Assembly (NCBI RefSeq): GCF_000009045.1
Contig: NC_000964.3
Location: forward strand, 3,224,001 to 3,288,000
DNA length: 64,000 nucleotides
Direction: 5' to 3'
Source: Bacillus subtilis subsp. subtilis str. 168
GTDB taxonomy: Bacteria; Bacillota; Bacilli; Bacillales; Bacillaceae
Shown here: positions 8,610 through 18,617 of the stretch, piece after piece
Layout: every line of letters begins with the position of its first letter
Numbering within the stretch: position 1 is the stretch's first letter
Translations under genes and position numbers: made by a program
Notes under the pieces: model-generated
Database searches by the model: none
What the model saw: only the letters and a program-made list of their open reading frames with translations
Told to the model about the DNA's origin: nothing

Positions 8610-9818
8610 ATTTCTATCCGTAAGAAAAACTTTGTCATTGTGTGGCTGGCGAACTTTTTTGTCTCCGCTAGCACAACGATGATCGTTCCTTTTCTCTCCT
8701 TATACATTGAGACGCTCAGCTCTTTTTCAAACGGCTTTGTGCAAAGGTGGAGCGGCTATGTGTTCGGCATTACATTTCTCATGGCGTTTTTGGTATCCCC
8801 GTTTTGGGGACGGTTCGGAGACAAACGCGGATACAAGAAAATCCTTATGGCAACCGGAACAGGCATTGCCCTCAGCATTTTCTTCATGGGCTTTGTTACA
8901 TCGGTGTACCAATTGTTTTTTCTGCGTATGGCAATGGGTCTTGTAACCGGATTCATCCCGACATCTCTTGCGATGATTTCGGCACAGACTCCGAAGAGCT
9001 CAGCTGGCAAAACACTCGGCACGCTGCAAATGGGGCAAGTGTCCGGAAGCTTGTTCGGCCCGCTTTTGGGAGGCATGCTTGCTGATCGTTTCGGCTTTAC
9101 GTATACCTTTTTTATCACATCCTTTGTGATTTTCTCGTCTGTTCTTCTCGTGTTATTTGGTGTCAAAGAAAAGCATCTTGCAGAGAAAACAGCCAAACGT
9201 ACGTCTTACTCGAGAAAAGAAGTGCTCTCCTATATTTTTCACCATCCGGCGCTGTGGGTCATGATGCTGTTAACCATGCTGATTCAAACAGGCAATTTCA
9301 GTATCCAGCCCCTGCTCGCTTTATATGTAAATGAGCTGCACGGACCTGTCAATCTTGCCTTTTTCTCCGGCATGGCATTTTCAGCAACGGGGCTCGGAAG
9401 TTTGCTGCTGGCTAGAAAATGGGGTGATCTGGGCGACCGCTACGGCCACCGCCGCATTTTAATCGGACTTTTGCTCGCCGCCTCTTTCTTTTTTATTCCG
9501 CAGGCGCTCGCGTCCTCACTCAGCGTGCTCCTTGTTTTCAGATTTTTATTCGGAATGGCGATGGGCGGTTTGCTGCCATGCATTACGGCAGCGATCCGCG
9601 TTCAGGCTCCCGGCAGCATTCAAGGTGAAGTTCTCGGCTACAATGTCAGCTTTCGCTTTTTAGGAAACGTGCTCGGGCCTCTGCTCGGCGGAATCATATC
9701 GAGCCATTTTACCATTTCGGCCACCTTTTACGTCACGGCGTTTCTCTTTTTCGCCGGCGCCTGCATGCTTTGGATCATGCAGAAACTTCGGAAAGATTCT
9801 TATGCCAAAGCAAGCTGA
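8610..9818 (+). CDS. yuxJ: MFS efflux transporter (DHA1, MdtG-like). Start uncertain: ATT 8610 proposed, GTG 8640 in the ORF track
   Basis: 12-TM pattern with motif A GRFGDKRGYK and its C-terminal repeat GDLGDRYGHR. See the finding on its start codon. Confidence 0.88.
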   Translation: MSIRKKNFVIVWLANFFVSASTTMIVPFLSLYIETLSSFSNGFVQRWSGYVFGITFLMAFLVSPFWGRFGDKRGYKKILMATGTGIALSIFFMGFVTSVYQLFFLRMAMGLVTGFIPTSLAMISAQTPKSSAGKTLGTLQMGQVSGSLFGPLLGGMLADRFGFTYTFFITSFVIFSSVLLVLFGVKEKHLAEKTAKRTSYSRKEVLSYIFHHPALWVMMLLTMLIQTGNFSIQPLLALYVNELHGPVNLAFFSGMAFSATGLGSLLLARKWGDLGDRYGHRRILIGLLLAASFFFIPQALASSLSVLLVFRFLFGMAMGGLLPCITAAIRVQAPGSIQGEVLGYNVSFRFLGNVLGPLLGGIISSHFTISATFYVTAFLFFAGACMLWIMQKLRKDSYAKAS

Positions 9819-9910
9819 TTCCGAGAAAAAACTAAGGAATCTTCTAAATTTAACCTTCTCGTAATCTCAAAAGAATGGTACGATATGGCTAGAATTTAGG
9901 AGAAAAGAGA

Positions 9911-11785
9911 GTGACCATGTTACGAAAAATAATCGGATGGATTTTGCTCCTTTGCATAATCCCATTGTTTGCATTTACAGTTATCGCTTCCGGAAAAGAA
10001 GTAAAACAAATGAAGTCCCTGGATCAGGTGCTTGATAAAAATATTGATCTGAAAGATATCAGCCTTGTTCAGAACAGCTACATGTATGACAGGGACGGCT
10101 CCCTTGTCTCGGAAATCGTCAGCGACCACGAAAACCGTGTGCTCGTTCCATTTAACAAGATTCCCGAGGAAGTCAAACAGATTTTCTTAACATCTGAGGA
10201 CCGCCATTTTTACGAGCATAAAGGCTTTGACTTTATGGGAATGGTGCGGGCTACTGCTTCTAACGTAAAAGACAAGAAAATTGACCAGGGTGCCAGCACC
10301 ATCACACAGCAGCTTTCAAGAAACTTGTATTTGAGCCACGAACGCTCCTTCAGCCGCAAGCTGACAGAGCTCGCGTATTCCTATCAGCTGGAGAAAAAAT
10401 ATACGAAAAATGAAATTCTTGAAGCTTACTTAAATACCATTTATTTCAACAACGGTGTTTACGGCGTCGGTTCAGCAGCTCAATTCTATTTCAGCAAACC
10501 GCTGAAATCTCTCACAGTGGGAGAAATGGCTTTTATCTGTGCTATACCTAATAACCCTACATTATATGATCCTCTCAAGCATTTTGACTACACGAAAAGC
10601 CGTCAAGAACGTTTACTTAAAGGGCTAAAAGATGCCGGGGTCATTACGGACAAAGAGCTGAAAAAAGCCGTAAAACAAAAAATCAAACTGGATGTTGAAA
10701 AAAGAGAAGACAAATATCCTGACTACGTTTCCTACGTCAATGATGAATTCACTCAGCTGGTGTCTGAATCAGAAGGCTTTGATAAACGCCTTCAAAAAGC
10801 ATCAGGAAAACAAAAAGAAAAGATCGAGAACGAGCTGTCCGCAAGAGTCAGCACGCTGATGAAAGACGGAGTGAAAATTTATACTGCACTTGATCCGTAC
10901 ATGCAAAATCAAGTTGTGGCACAAATGAATTCCAAGCTCCCGTATGCGGACGTACAGGGCGGAGCGGCTGTGATTAATCACCAGACGCATCAAATCATTG
11001 CTCTATCCGGCGGGAAAAACTATCAAAAATATGACTTTAACCGCGCCTACCAGGCGTACAGGCAGCCGGGTTCATCCATTAAGCCGCTTCTTGATTACGG
11101 CCCTTATATTGAACAGACCGGCGCGACAACAAGCAGCACCATTGATGCCAGCAAGTTTTGCAGCAAAGACTACTGTCCGCAAAACTACAATAACCGCACT
11201 TACGGCACAGTGACGCTTGATACGGCGTTTAAAAATTCATATAATACCCCGGCTATTAGAATGCTCGACCGCGTCGGCATCCAAAAGGCATTCAGTTATA
11301 TTGAGCCGTATCATTTTGCCAAACTTGTCGACAGTGACTATCTTCTTCCGGCGGCGCTTGGCGGATTTACAAACGGCATGACGCCTCTTGAGATGACAAA
11401 GGCTTATACGACATTCGGAAACAGCGGAAGCTATACGCCGAGCCATGCGATTACAAAGGTGACAGACCTTAAAGGAAAAACACTTTATAAATGGAATGAT
11501 AAAGCGACTCAAATATTCAGCGTCCGCACGAACATGCAGCTGAAAAAACTGATGTCTTCCGTTGTGAAAAGCGGAACAGGGAAAAAAGCATATTTCAATG
11601 CGCCTTACATCGGCGGTAAAACCGGAACATCAAATGATTATCACGATATGTGGTTTGTCGGCCTGACTGATACGTATACAATGGGTGTCTGGGTCGGAAA
11701 GGATACACCGACCAGCGTTGAATATCTTCACAGCATCAGCCCTCAGCTTTCCATCTGGAAAGGAACGCTGCAAGCGGCTTATTAA
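9911..11785 (+). CDS. pbpD: Class A penicillin-binding protein 4 (transglycosylase/transpeptidase)
   Basis: TG motifs EDRHFYEHKG, GASTITQQL, RKLTE. TP motifs SSIK, SYN, KTG. Confidence 0.96.
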   Translation: MTMLRKIIGWILLLCIIPLFAFTVIASGKEVKQMKSLDQVLDKNIDLKDISLVQNSYMYDRDGSLVSEIVSDHENRVLVPFNKIPEEVKQIFLTSEDRHFYEHKGFDFMGMVRATASNVKDKKIDQGASTITQQLSRNLYLSHERSFSRKLTELAYSYQLEKKYTKNEILEAYLNTIYFNNGVYGVGSAAQFYFSKPLKSLTVGEMAFICAIPNNPTLYDPLKHFDYTKSRQERLLKGLKDAGVITDKELKKAVKQKIKLDVEKREDKYPDYVSYVNDEFTQLVSESEGFDKRLQKASGKQKEKIENELSARVSTLMKDGVKIYTALDPYMQNQVVAQMNSKLPYADVQGGAAVINHQTHQIIALSGGKNYQKYDFNRAYQAYRQPGSSIKPLLDYGPYIEQTGATTSSTIDASKFCSKDYCPQNYNNRTYGTVTLDTAFKNSYNTPAIRMLDRVGIQKAFSYIEPYHFAKLVDSDYLLPAALGGFTNGMTPLEMTKAYTTFGNSGSYTPSHAITKVTDLKGKTLYKWNDKATQIFSVRTNMQLKKLMSSVVKSGTGKKAYFNAPYIGGKTGTSNDYHDMWFVGLTDTYTMGVWVGKDTPTSVEYLHSISPQLSIWKGTLQAAY

Positions 11786-11805
11786 AGGATCGGAGGGGAT
11801 ATGGA

Positions 11806-12219
11806 GTGACTTCAGAACAAATTCCAAATCGCGTTTTGCTGTTTGACGGTGTCTGCAATTTATGCAATGGCGCCGTGCAGTTTATCATTAAACGTGATCC
11901 GGACGGATTGATTTCTTTCACATCGCTGCAGTCGGAAACAGGACAGAGCCTGCTGAAAAAAAGCGGGCTTCCGACTGATCGGTTTGACAGCTTTGTCTTT
12001 ATTGAAGACGGCCAAGTGTACACAAAGTCAACTGCAGCCATTAAGGTTTTCAGGCATCTGCGAGGCCCATGGCGGCTCTTCGTCCTTTTTTTCGCAGTGC
12101 CGAAGCCTGTCAGAGATATGGTCTATTCTTTCATTGCCAAAAACCGCTATAAGTGGTTTGGCAAAAAAAATGAATGTATGCTCCCCTCCCCTTCCATTAA
12201 AAAAAGATTTTTACCGTAA
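11806..12219 (+). CDS. yuxK: DCC1-like thiol-disulfide oxidoreductase
   Basis: N-terminal FDGVCNLC motif. GTG start with SD GGAGGGG. In an operon with pbpD. Confidence 0.88.
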   Translation: MTSEQIPNRVLLFDGVCNLCNGAVQFIIKRDPDGLISFTSLQSETGQSLLKKSGLPTDRFDSFVFIEDGQVYTKSTAAIKVFRHLRGPWRLFVLFFAVPKPVRDMVYSFIAKNRYKWFGKKNECMLPSPSIKKRFLP

Positions 12220-12245
12220 ATAAAAAATGGCTAGGAAGCTAGCCA

Positions 12246-12412
12246 TCACAGATTGTTGACAAAATCCTAAAACGGCTTCGTTTTAGGATTTTGTCATCTA
12301 TTCAGCGTGATTGAAAACTTTTGAAGTTGTGAAACGGCGGAAACCTGAGAATCTAGCCGCCGTTTCATTGCGTACAGAGCACGAAGCGCAAATCTGACCA
12401 CCAAACGCTGAA
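12246..12412. mobile_element. Degenerate copy of a short non-autonomous Bacillus repeat (MITE-like), non-coding and highly structured
   Basis: Perfect 18-bp inverted repeat 12257-12274 / 12279-12296. Perfect 11-bp stem 12330-12340 / 12357-12367. TTCAGCGT 12301-12308 pairs with ACGCTGAA 12405-12412. AAATGGCTAG occurs on both sides (12225-12234, 12411-12420). From memory it resembles the ~190-bp multicopy B. subtilis repeat. Confidence 0.7.
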
Positions 12413-12421
12413 ATGGCTAGC

Positions 12422-12979
12422 TTACACAGGTAAGCTAGCCATTATGCTATTATAAAGCTTGATAAATATGAACAGAATACCGATAACAAAGGTAAACCAA
12501 AACAGCAGTTCCAATAGAATGAATCCAACTAATGACATGAGAGAAAGCGTCGAATAAATCCGGTATACGGTAAACACAAAGTAAGCGAGCGTGACGACCG
12601 CAAACCAGATCACAATCCAAATGACATTTTGCAAGAGCACAAAGGATAAAATCCCGCCGCCCAAATAAATCATGGAACCCATTCTGAGTTTTTTCAGGTT
12701 GTTCCCTTCCGGATCATTAGCAAAAAACAGCAATGACAGCTCGGTCACGGTATTTGCAATTAATTTCAGAGCGGACAGAACCATAAAATATAAAAGTGCA
12801 AAGGCAGCAAATAACGCAAGCCTGATTCCTTTCTCTGAAAAATAATCGAGCATTCCATCATACATTCCAAATGAAGACAGCATCTTCAACGCATAAAGTG
12901 AAGTTGAGATGGATAAGGACGAACTAAAAAGCAGGATCGCAATCAGCGGAAAATATCCTGTCAAATAAGTATTTTTCAT
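12422..12979 (-). CDS. yufK: Integral membrane protein of unknown function, 185 aa
   Basis: Five or six hydrophobic segments. SD AGAAAGGA before ATG 12979. Confidence 0.87.
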   Translation of the reverse strand: MKNTYLTGYFPLIAILLFSSSLSISTSLYALKMLSSFGMYDGMLDYFSEKGIRLALFAAFALLYFMVLSALKLIANTVTELSLLFFANDPEGNNLKKLRMGSMIYLGGGILSFVLLQNVIWIVIWFAVVTLAYFVFTVYRIYSTLSLMSLVGFILLELLFWFTFVIGILFIFIKLYNSIMASLPV

Positions 12980-13156
12980 ATAAAAAAGTCCCTTTCTATA
13001 ATCTACCTCATTTATTATGGAGGACTTAAAACACATTGACAAGATAAATTATTCCATTTTTTCTCCTTTTTACGAATTACGGGCCCAAATCTTCACAAAG
13101 CAGCATTTTGAGAGTAAAGTAGTACGCAGGAATCATAAAACGTAAGGAAGTTTTAT

Positions 13157-14758
13157 ATGAAAAAAACATTAAAACTGCAAACCAGACTCACCATATTTGT
13201 TTGTATCGTTGTATTAATCGCATTGCTCATTACGTTTTTTACAGTCGGTGCCCAAACCACCAAACGAATTAGAGATCAGGAAAAGGCCACTGCGCTGCAG
13301 ACTGCTGAAATGGTAGCTGAAGCGCCGATGACAGCCGCTGCTTTAGAAAGCGGAAAAAAACAAAAGGAACTGCAGAGCTACACAAAGCGGGTTCAGAAAA
13401 TTACCGGCACGGAATTTGTTGTCGTCATGGATATGAACGGTATCCGCAAAACTCATCCTGACCCGAGCAAAATCGGAAAAAAATTCAGAGGCGGTGATGA
13501 GTCCGAGGTATTAAAAGGGCATGTCCATATCAGCACAGCCTCTGGCACGCTCGGGAAATCGCAGAGAGCGTTCGTCCCTGTCTACGCGGAGAATGGAAAA
13601 CAGGTCGGTGCAGTCGCGGTCGGCATCACCGTAAATGAAATTGATGAAGTGATCAGCCATAGCTTACGGCCGCTTTACTTTATTATTTGCGTCAGCATCT
13701 TCGTCGGTGTGATCGGAGCCGTTATCGTCGCCCGTACAGTGAAAAATATCATGTACGGACTTGAACCTTATGAAATTGCGACTCTGCTTGAAGAACGGAG
13801 CGCGATGCTGGAATCGACGAAGGAAGGAATACTCGCTGTCGATGAACATGGCAAAATTAAACTTGCCAACGCGGAAGCAAAACGCCTATTCGTCAAAATG
13901 GGCATCAACACAAATCCCATTGATCAGGATGTAGATGACATCTTGCCGAAAAGCCGCTTGAAAAAGGTCATTGAGACAAAAAAACCTCTTCAAGACAGAG
14001 ACGTCCGCATTAACGGGCTGGAGCTTGTGTTTAATGAAGTTCCTATCCAGCTGAAAGGACAAACTGTCGGAGCGATTGCAACATTCCGCGACAAGACCGA
14101 GGTAAAACATTTAGCTGAACAGCTTTCCGGTGTTAAAATGTATGCAAACGCACTGAGAGCGCAGTCTCATGAATTTATGAACAAACTGCATGTGATATTA
14201 GGTCTCGTCCAGCTGAAAGAGTATGATGATCTTGGAGATTATATTAAAGATATAGCCATACAGCAAAAATCAGAAACAAGTGAAATTATAAATGATGTCA
14301 AAAGCTCCGTACTGGCCGGTTTTCTGCTTGGAAAGCAAAGCTTTATACGTGAGCAGGGCGCAAATCTTGATATTGAATGCAACGGTGTCATCCCGAACGC
14401 GGCAGACCCTTCTGTCATCCATGAACTTATTACAATCATCGGAAATCTCATCAACAATGGCTTAGATGCCGTTGCCGATATGCCGAAAAAACAAATCACC
14501 ATGTCCATGCGCTTCCATAACAGCATACTTGATATTGAAATTACCGATACTGGAGCAGGCATGTCTGAAGAAGACCAAGCCAAAGTATTTGAACAAGGCT
14601 ATTCAACAAAGGGCAAAAACCGGGGATTCGGCCTTTATTTCACACAGCAAAGCATCGAAAATTTAAAAGGCCAAATGATCCTCACAAGCGAAAAGAATGA
14701 AGGAACGACATTCAGTATTCGCATCCCGTACGAACCGAAGGAGGAAAATCATGATTAA
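13157..14758 (+). CDS. malK: CitA/DcuS-family malate sensor histidine kinase
   Basis: Two TMs flanking a sCache domain ([12 protein letters not shown]), a PAS domain, H-box [11 protein letters not shown]-box GNLINNG. Confidence 0.94.
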
Positions 14759-15458
14759 TGTACTAATAGTTGAAGATGACCCCATGGTGGGTGAATTAAA
14801 TAAACGATACTTAAGCCAAATAGATGGCTTTCAGCTGAAAGGCATCGCTTCTTCCTTTCAAAGCGCTCTGCATATTTTAGGGGAGCACCATATTGACCTC
14901 ATTTTGCTTGATATTTATATGCCGGGAAAAAACGGGCTGGAACTGCTGACGGAATTGAGAGCCCAAAATGAAGCGGTTGACGTGATTGTCATCTCAGCGG
15001 CCAGCGAGCTTGACGTGATCAAGAAAACACTTCGGTACGGAGCTGTTGATTATTTAATCAAACCGTTTGAATTTGAACGATTCCAAACGGCTCTGTCTGA
15101 TTACAGACGAAAACAAAAGGTGTATTCAACCCATCGCAACATGAGCCAAAAAGAACTGGACGCCGAGCTTTTTCAAAAGAAAGAAGCAACAGAAAAAGTG
15201 CAGCTTCCTAAAGGCCTGACAAAAAGCACGCTGAAGCTGATCTGGTCCAGTATCCAGTCATTTGAAAATGAATCTTTTACGACAGAAGACTTGGCAAAGC
15301 ACACAGAAATCTCTCAAGTATCCATACGAAAATACTTAAAGTTTCTTGAAGATATACAGGTTCTGAATGTAGAAATGGCGTACGGAACGATCGGAAGACC
15401 TGTGTTTCAGTACAACGTCAACAACAGTAACATTAACGGAATAAAGCAATATCTATAA
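14751..15458 (+). CDS. malR: CitB-family response regulator (malate), 235 aa
   Basis: Receiver domain (VEDD, LLDIYMP, KP) plus a C-terminal HTH. Overlaps the malK stop. SD AAGGAGG. Confidence 0.94.
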
Positions 15459-15494
15459 GAAAACGCACTGCTTGCTTTGAGCAGTGCGTTTTTC
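15459..15494 (+). terminator. malKR terminator
   Basis: Stem AAAACGCACTGC / GCAGTGCGTTTT followed by T. Confidence 0.8.
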
Positions 15495-15595
15495 TGTCAT
15501 ATCTCTTGCCAAGATGCTTGATTCTATTGTTGATAAGTTATACAAGAATAACAAAGGGCTTTCACATTTTTAAGCAAATAATTCTAAAAATAGAT

Positions 15596-15610
15596 AATTT
15601 TTAAAAAATT
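15596..15610. promoter_or_regulatory. CodY box, upstream site of nupN
   Basis: AATTTTTAAAAAATT has 2 mismatches to AATTTTCWGAAAATT. CodY repression of nupNOPQ is established. Confidence 0.75.
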
Positions 15611-15827
15611 ATGCGAAATTCTATTTATTTCTTATTAGTTAAATGATAAATTATGATTGGTTAGTTGATCCCGAAAAACTAAGTCATAAGTCTTACTTCA
15701 GAAAACGATGTCACGGTTTTCCGCCCGGAACGCCTTCCGCATCCTTCTCTTCCCCGCCTTTCGAAGGAAATACTCACACCACGCTTATTCAGGGAAGAAT
15801 AGAACTGTCTCAGCGCATTCCATTTGT

Positions 15828-15842
15828 TATTATCAGAAAATT
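15828..15842. promoter_or_regulatory. CodY box within the nupN leader
   Basis: TATTATCAGAAAATT has 2 mismatches to the consensus. Confidence 0.75.
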
Positions 15843-15929
15843 TTATCGATTCTAAGAAATTGTTCAGGACAGCCCATCACATGACTGGCCGGATCAGCTT
15901 TGAACCAAATTTTTCTGGGGGGTTATATC

Positions 15930-17009
15930 TTGAATAAACGAAAAATCGGATTGGCGATGTCACTTGTGATCGCAGCAGGCACCATATTAGGAGCATGCGG
16001 AAACAGCGAAAAAAGCAGCGGCTCAGGCGAAGGCAAAAACAAATTCAGTGTGGCGATGGTTACTGACGTAGGCGGAGTGGATGACAAATCCTTCAACCAA
16101 TCAGCCTGGGAAGGCATCCAAGCCTTTGGGAAAGAGAATGGGCTGAAAAAAGGCAAAAACGGTTACGACTATCTTCAATCCAAATCTGATGCAGACTATA
16201 CAACGAACTTAAATAAATTGGCGCGTGAGAATTTTGACTTAATTTACGGCGTCGGCTACTTAATGGAGGATTCAATCAGCGAAATTGCTGACCAGCGTAA
16301 AAATACAAACTTTGCGATTATAGATGCTGTTGTCGATAAAGACAACGTCGCAAGTATTACGTTTAAAGAGCAGGAAGGCTCATTTCTCGTCGGAGTGGCC
16401 GCAGCCCTATCAAGCAAATCAGGAAAAATCGGCTTTGTAGGCGGCATGGAATCAGAGTTGATCAAAAAATTCGAGGTCGGCTTCCGTGCCGGCGTGCAAG
16501 CAGTTAACCCTAAAGCCGTTGTAGAAGTGAAATACGCAGGGGGTTTCGATAAAGCCGATGTCGGTAAAGCAACCGCCGAAAGCATGTATAAATCAGGCGT
16601 AGATGTTATTTATCACTCTGCGGGCGCCACTGGCACAGGCGTCTTTACTGAAGCGAAAAACCTGAAAAAAGAAGATCCAAAACGCGATGTCTGGGTCATC
16701 GGTGTCGATAAAGACCAATACGCAGAAGGCCAGGTAGAAGGAACAGATGATAACGTCACCCTCACTTCCATGGTGAAAAAAGTAGATACAGTCGTTGAAG
16801 ATGTAACGAAAAAAGCGAGTGACGGAAAGTTCCCGGGCGGCGAAACACTTACCTACGGGCTTGATCAAGACGGAGTCGGCATTTCTCCATCTAAACAAAA
16901 TCTATCGGATGATGTGATCAAAGCGGTCGATAAATGGAAGAAAAAAATCATCGACGGATTGGAAATCCCGGCAACTGAGAAAGAGCTGAAAACCTTCAAA
17001 GCTGAATAA
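15930..17009 (+). CDS. nupN: BMP-family nucleoside (guanosine) ABC transporter lipoprotein
   Basis: TTG start after GGGGGG, lipobox ILGA-C, and motif [17 protein letters not shown]. Confidence 0.93.
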
Positions 17010-17016
17010 GAATCGC

Positions 17017-17058
17017 AGGGATAAGGAGGTCGAGCCCTTATCCCTTGTTTTTCTTTTA
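17017..17058 (+). terminator. Intra-operon hairpin after nupN (partial terminator or mRNA stabiliser)
   Basis: Perfect 10-bp stem AGGGATAAGG / CCTTATCCCT followed by a T-rich tail. Confidence 0.65.
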
Positions 17059-17084
17059 TTTTGAAATAAAGGAGCGGTCAATCA

Positions 17085-18617
17085 ATGGAATATGTCATTG
17101 AAATGCTCAATATCCGCAAGGCGTTTCCAGGTATCGTCGCCAATGACAATATCAATCTTCAAGTCAAAAAAGGCGAAATACACGCGTTGCTCGGTGAAAA
17201 CGGAGCGGGGAAATCAACATTGATGAATGTCCTTTTCGGGCTGTATCAGCCGGAGCGGGGTGAAATTCGGGTGCGCGGCGAGAAGGTGCACATCAACAGC
17301 CCGAACAAAGCGAATGACCTTGGAATTGGAATGGTGCACCAGCACTTTATGCTTGTTGACACCTTTACAGTTGCTGAAAATATTATTCTCGGGAAGGAGC
17401 CAAAGAAGTTTGGCAGAATTGACCGGAAGCGTGCTGGCCAAGAGGTGCAGGACATTTCCGATCGATACGGCCTGCAGATCCATCCTGAAGCAAAAGCAGC
17501 TGACATATCAGTCGGTATGCAGCAGCGCGCAGAAATATTAAAAACCCTCTACCGCGGTGCCGACATTCTGATTTTTGATGAACCGACGGCTGTTTTGACG
17601 CCTCATGAAATTAAGGAACTGATGCAAATTATGAAGAACCTGGTCAAAGAAGGGAAGTCCATCATCTTAATCACCCATAAGCTGAAAGAGATTATGGAGA
17701 TTTGTGACCGCGTTACGGTTATCCGTAAAGGAAAAGGCATCAAAACCCTTGATGTCCGTGATACAAACCAAGACGAACTCGCCAGTCTAATGGTCGGCCG
17801 TGAGGTATCGTTCAAAACTGAAAAGAGAGCTGCTCAGCCGGGAGCGGAAGTGCTTGCGATTGACGGCATAACTGTAAAGGATACCCGCGGAATAGAGACA
17901 GTCAGAGATTTGTCTCTTTCTGTCAAAGCGGGAGAAATAGTCGGCATAGCAGGCGTCGACGGAAACGGGCAATCTGAGCTGATCGAAGCGGTGACAGGAC
18001 TCCGCAAAACAGATTCAGGAACAATCACCTTAAACGGAAAACAGATCCAAAACCTGACGCCAAGAAAAATCACTGAATCCGGGATCGGGCATATTCCTCA
18101 GGATCGCCATAAACACGGTCTCGTCCTTGATTTTCCAATCGGAGAGAATATCCTGCTGCAAAGCTATTACAAAAAGCCGTATTCAGCATTGGGCGTTTTA
18201 CATAAAGGCGAAATGTACAAAAAAGCACGCAGCCTGATCACTGAGTACGATGTCAGAACGCCGGATGAATATACACACGCTCGGGCATTGTCAGGCGGAA
18301 ACCAGCAAAAAGCGATTATCGGGCGGGAAATAGACCGAAATCCTGATTTATTAATTGCCGCCCAGCCGACTCGCGGCCTTGATGTCGGAGCGATTGAATT
18401 TGTCCATAAAAAGCTCATTGAGCAGCGTGATGCCGGGAAAGCCGTTCTTCTCCTCTCGTTTGAGCTTGAAGAAATTATGAATCTCAGTGACAGAATCGCC
18501 GTTATTTTTGAAGGACGCATTATCGCCAGCGTTAATCCGCAGGAAACCACTGAACAGGAGCTTGGTCTCTTGATGGCAGGAAGCACGCAAAAGGAAGCGG
18601 GGAAAGCAAATGGTTAA
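17085..18617 (+). CDS. nupO: Nucleoside ABC transporter ATPase (CUT2 type, two NBDs)
   Basis: Walker A GENGAGKS, signature LSGGNQQK, second degenerate NBD. Confidence 0.94.
   Translation: MEYVIEMLNIRKAFPGIVANDNINLQVKKGEIHALLGENGAGKSTLMNVLFGLYQPERGEIRVRGEKVHINSPNKANDLGIGMVHQHFMLVDTFTVAENIILGKEPKKFGRIDRKRAGQEVQDISDRYGLQIHPEAKAADISVGMQQRAEILKTLYRGADILIFDEPTAVLTPHEIKELMQIMKNLVKEGKSIILITHKLKEIMEICDRVTVIRKGKGIKTLDVRDTNQDELASLMVGREVSFKTEKRAAQPGAEVLAIDGITVKDTRGIETVRDLSLSVKAGEIVGIAGVDGNGQSELIEAVTGLRKTDSGTITLNGKQIQNLTPRKITESGIGHIPQDRHKHGLVLDFPIGENILLQSYYKKPYSALGVLHKGEMYKKARSLITEYDVRTPDEYTHARALSGGNQQKAIIGREIDRNPDLLIAAQPTRGLDVGAIEFVHKKLIEQRDAGKAVLLLSFELEEIMNLSDRIAVIFEGRIIASVNPQETTEQELGLLMAGSTQKEAGKANG

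Noticed and set aside
8605-8682. Out-of-frame 25-codon ORF from ATG 8605 over the yuxJ start
   Set aside because: The ATG directly abuts the SD, so spacing is unusable, and the product has no recognisable features. Kept only as an alternative to test alongside the ATT hypothesis.
12980-13042. Longer ORF-track starts for yufK, and likewise for malR, nupN, maeN, pncA, yueE, yukE and ald
   Set aside because: In each case a clear SD precedes a downstream start, and the extension runs over promoter or upstream-gene sequence.
15643-15855. 70-aa ORF in the nupN leader
   Set aside because: It starts upstream of the predicted TSS, has no SD, and runs over promoter and CodY elements.
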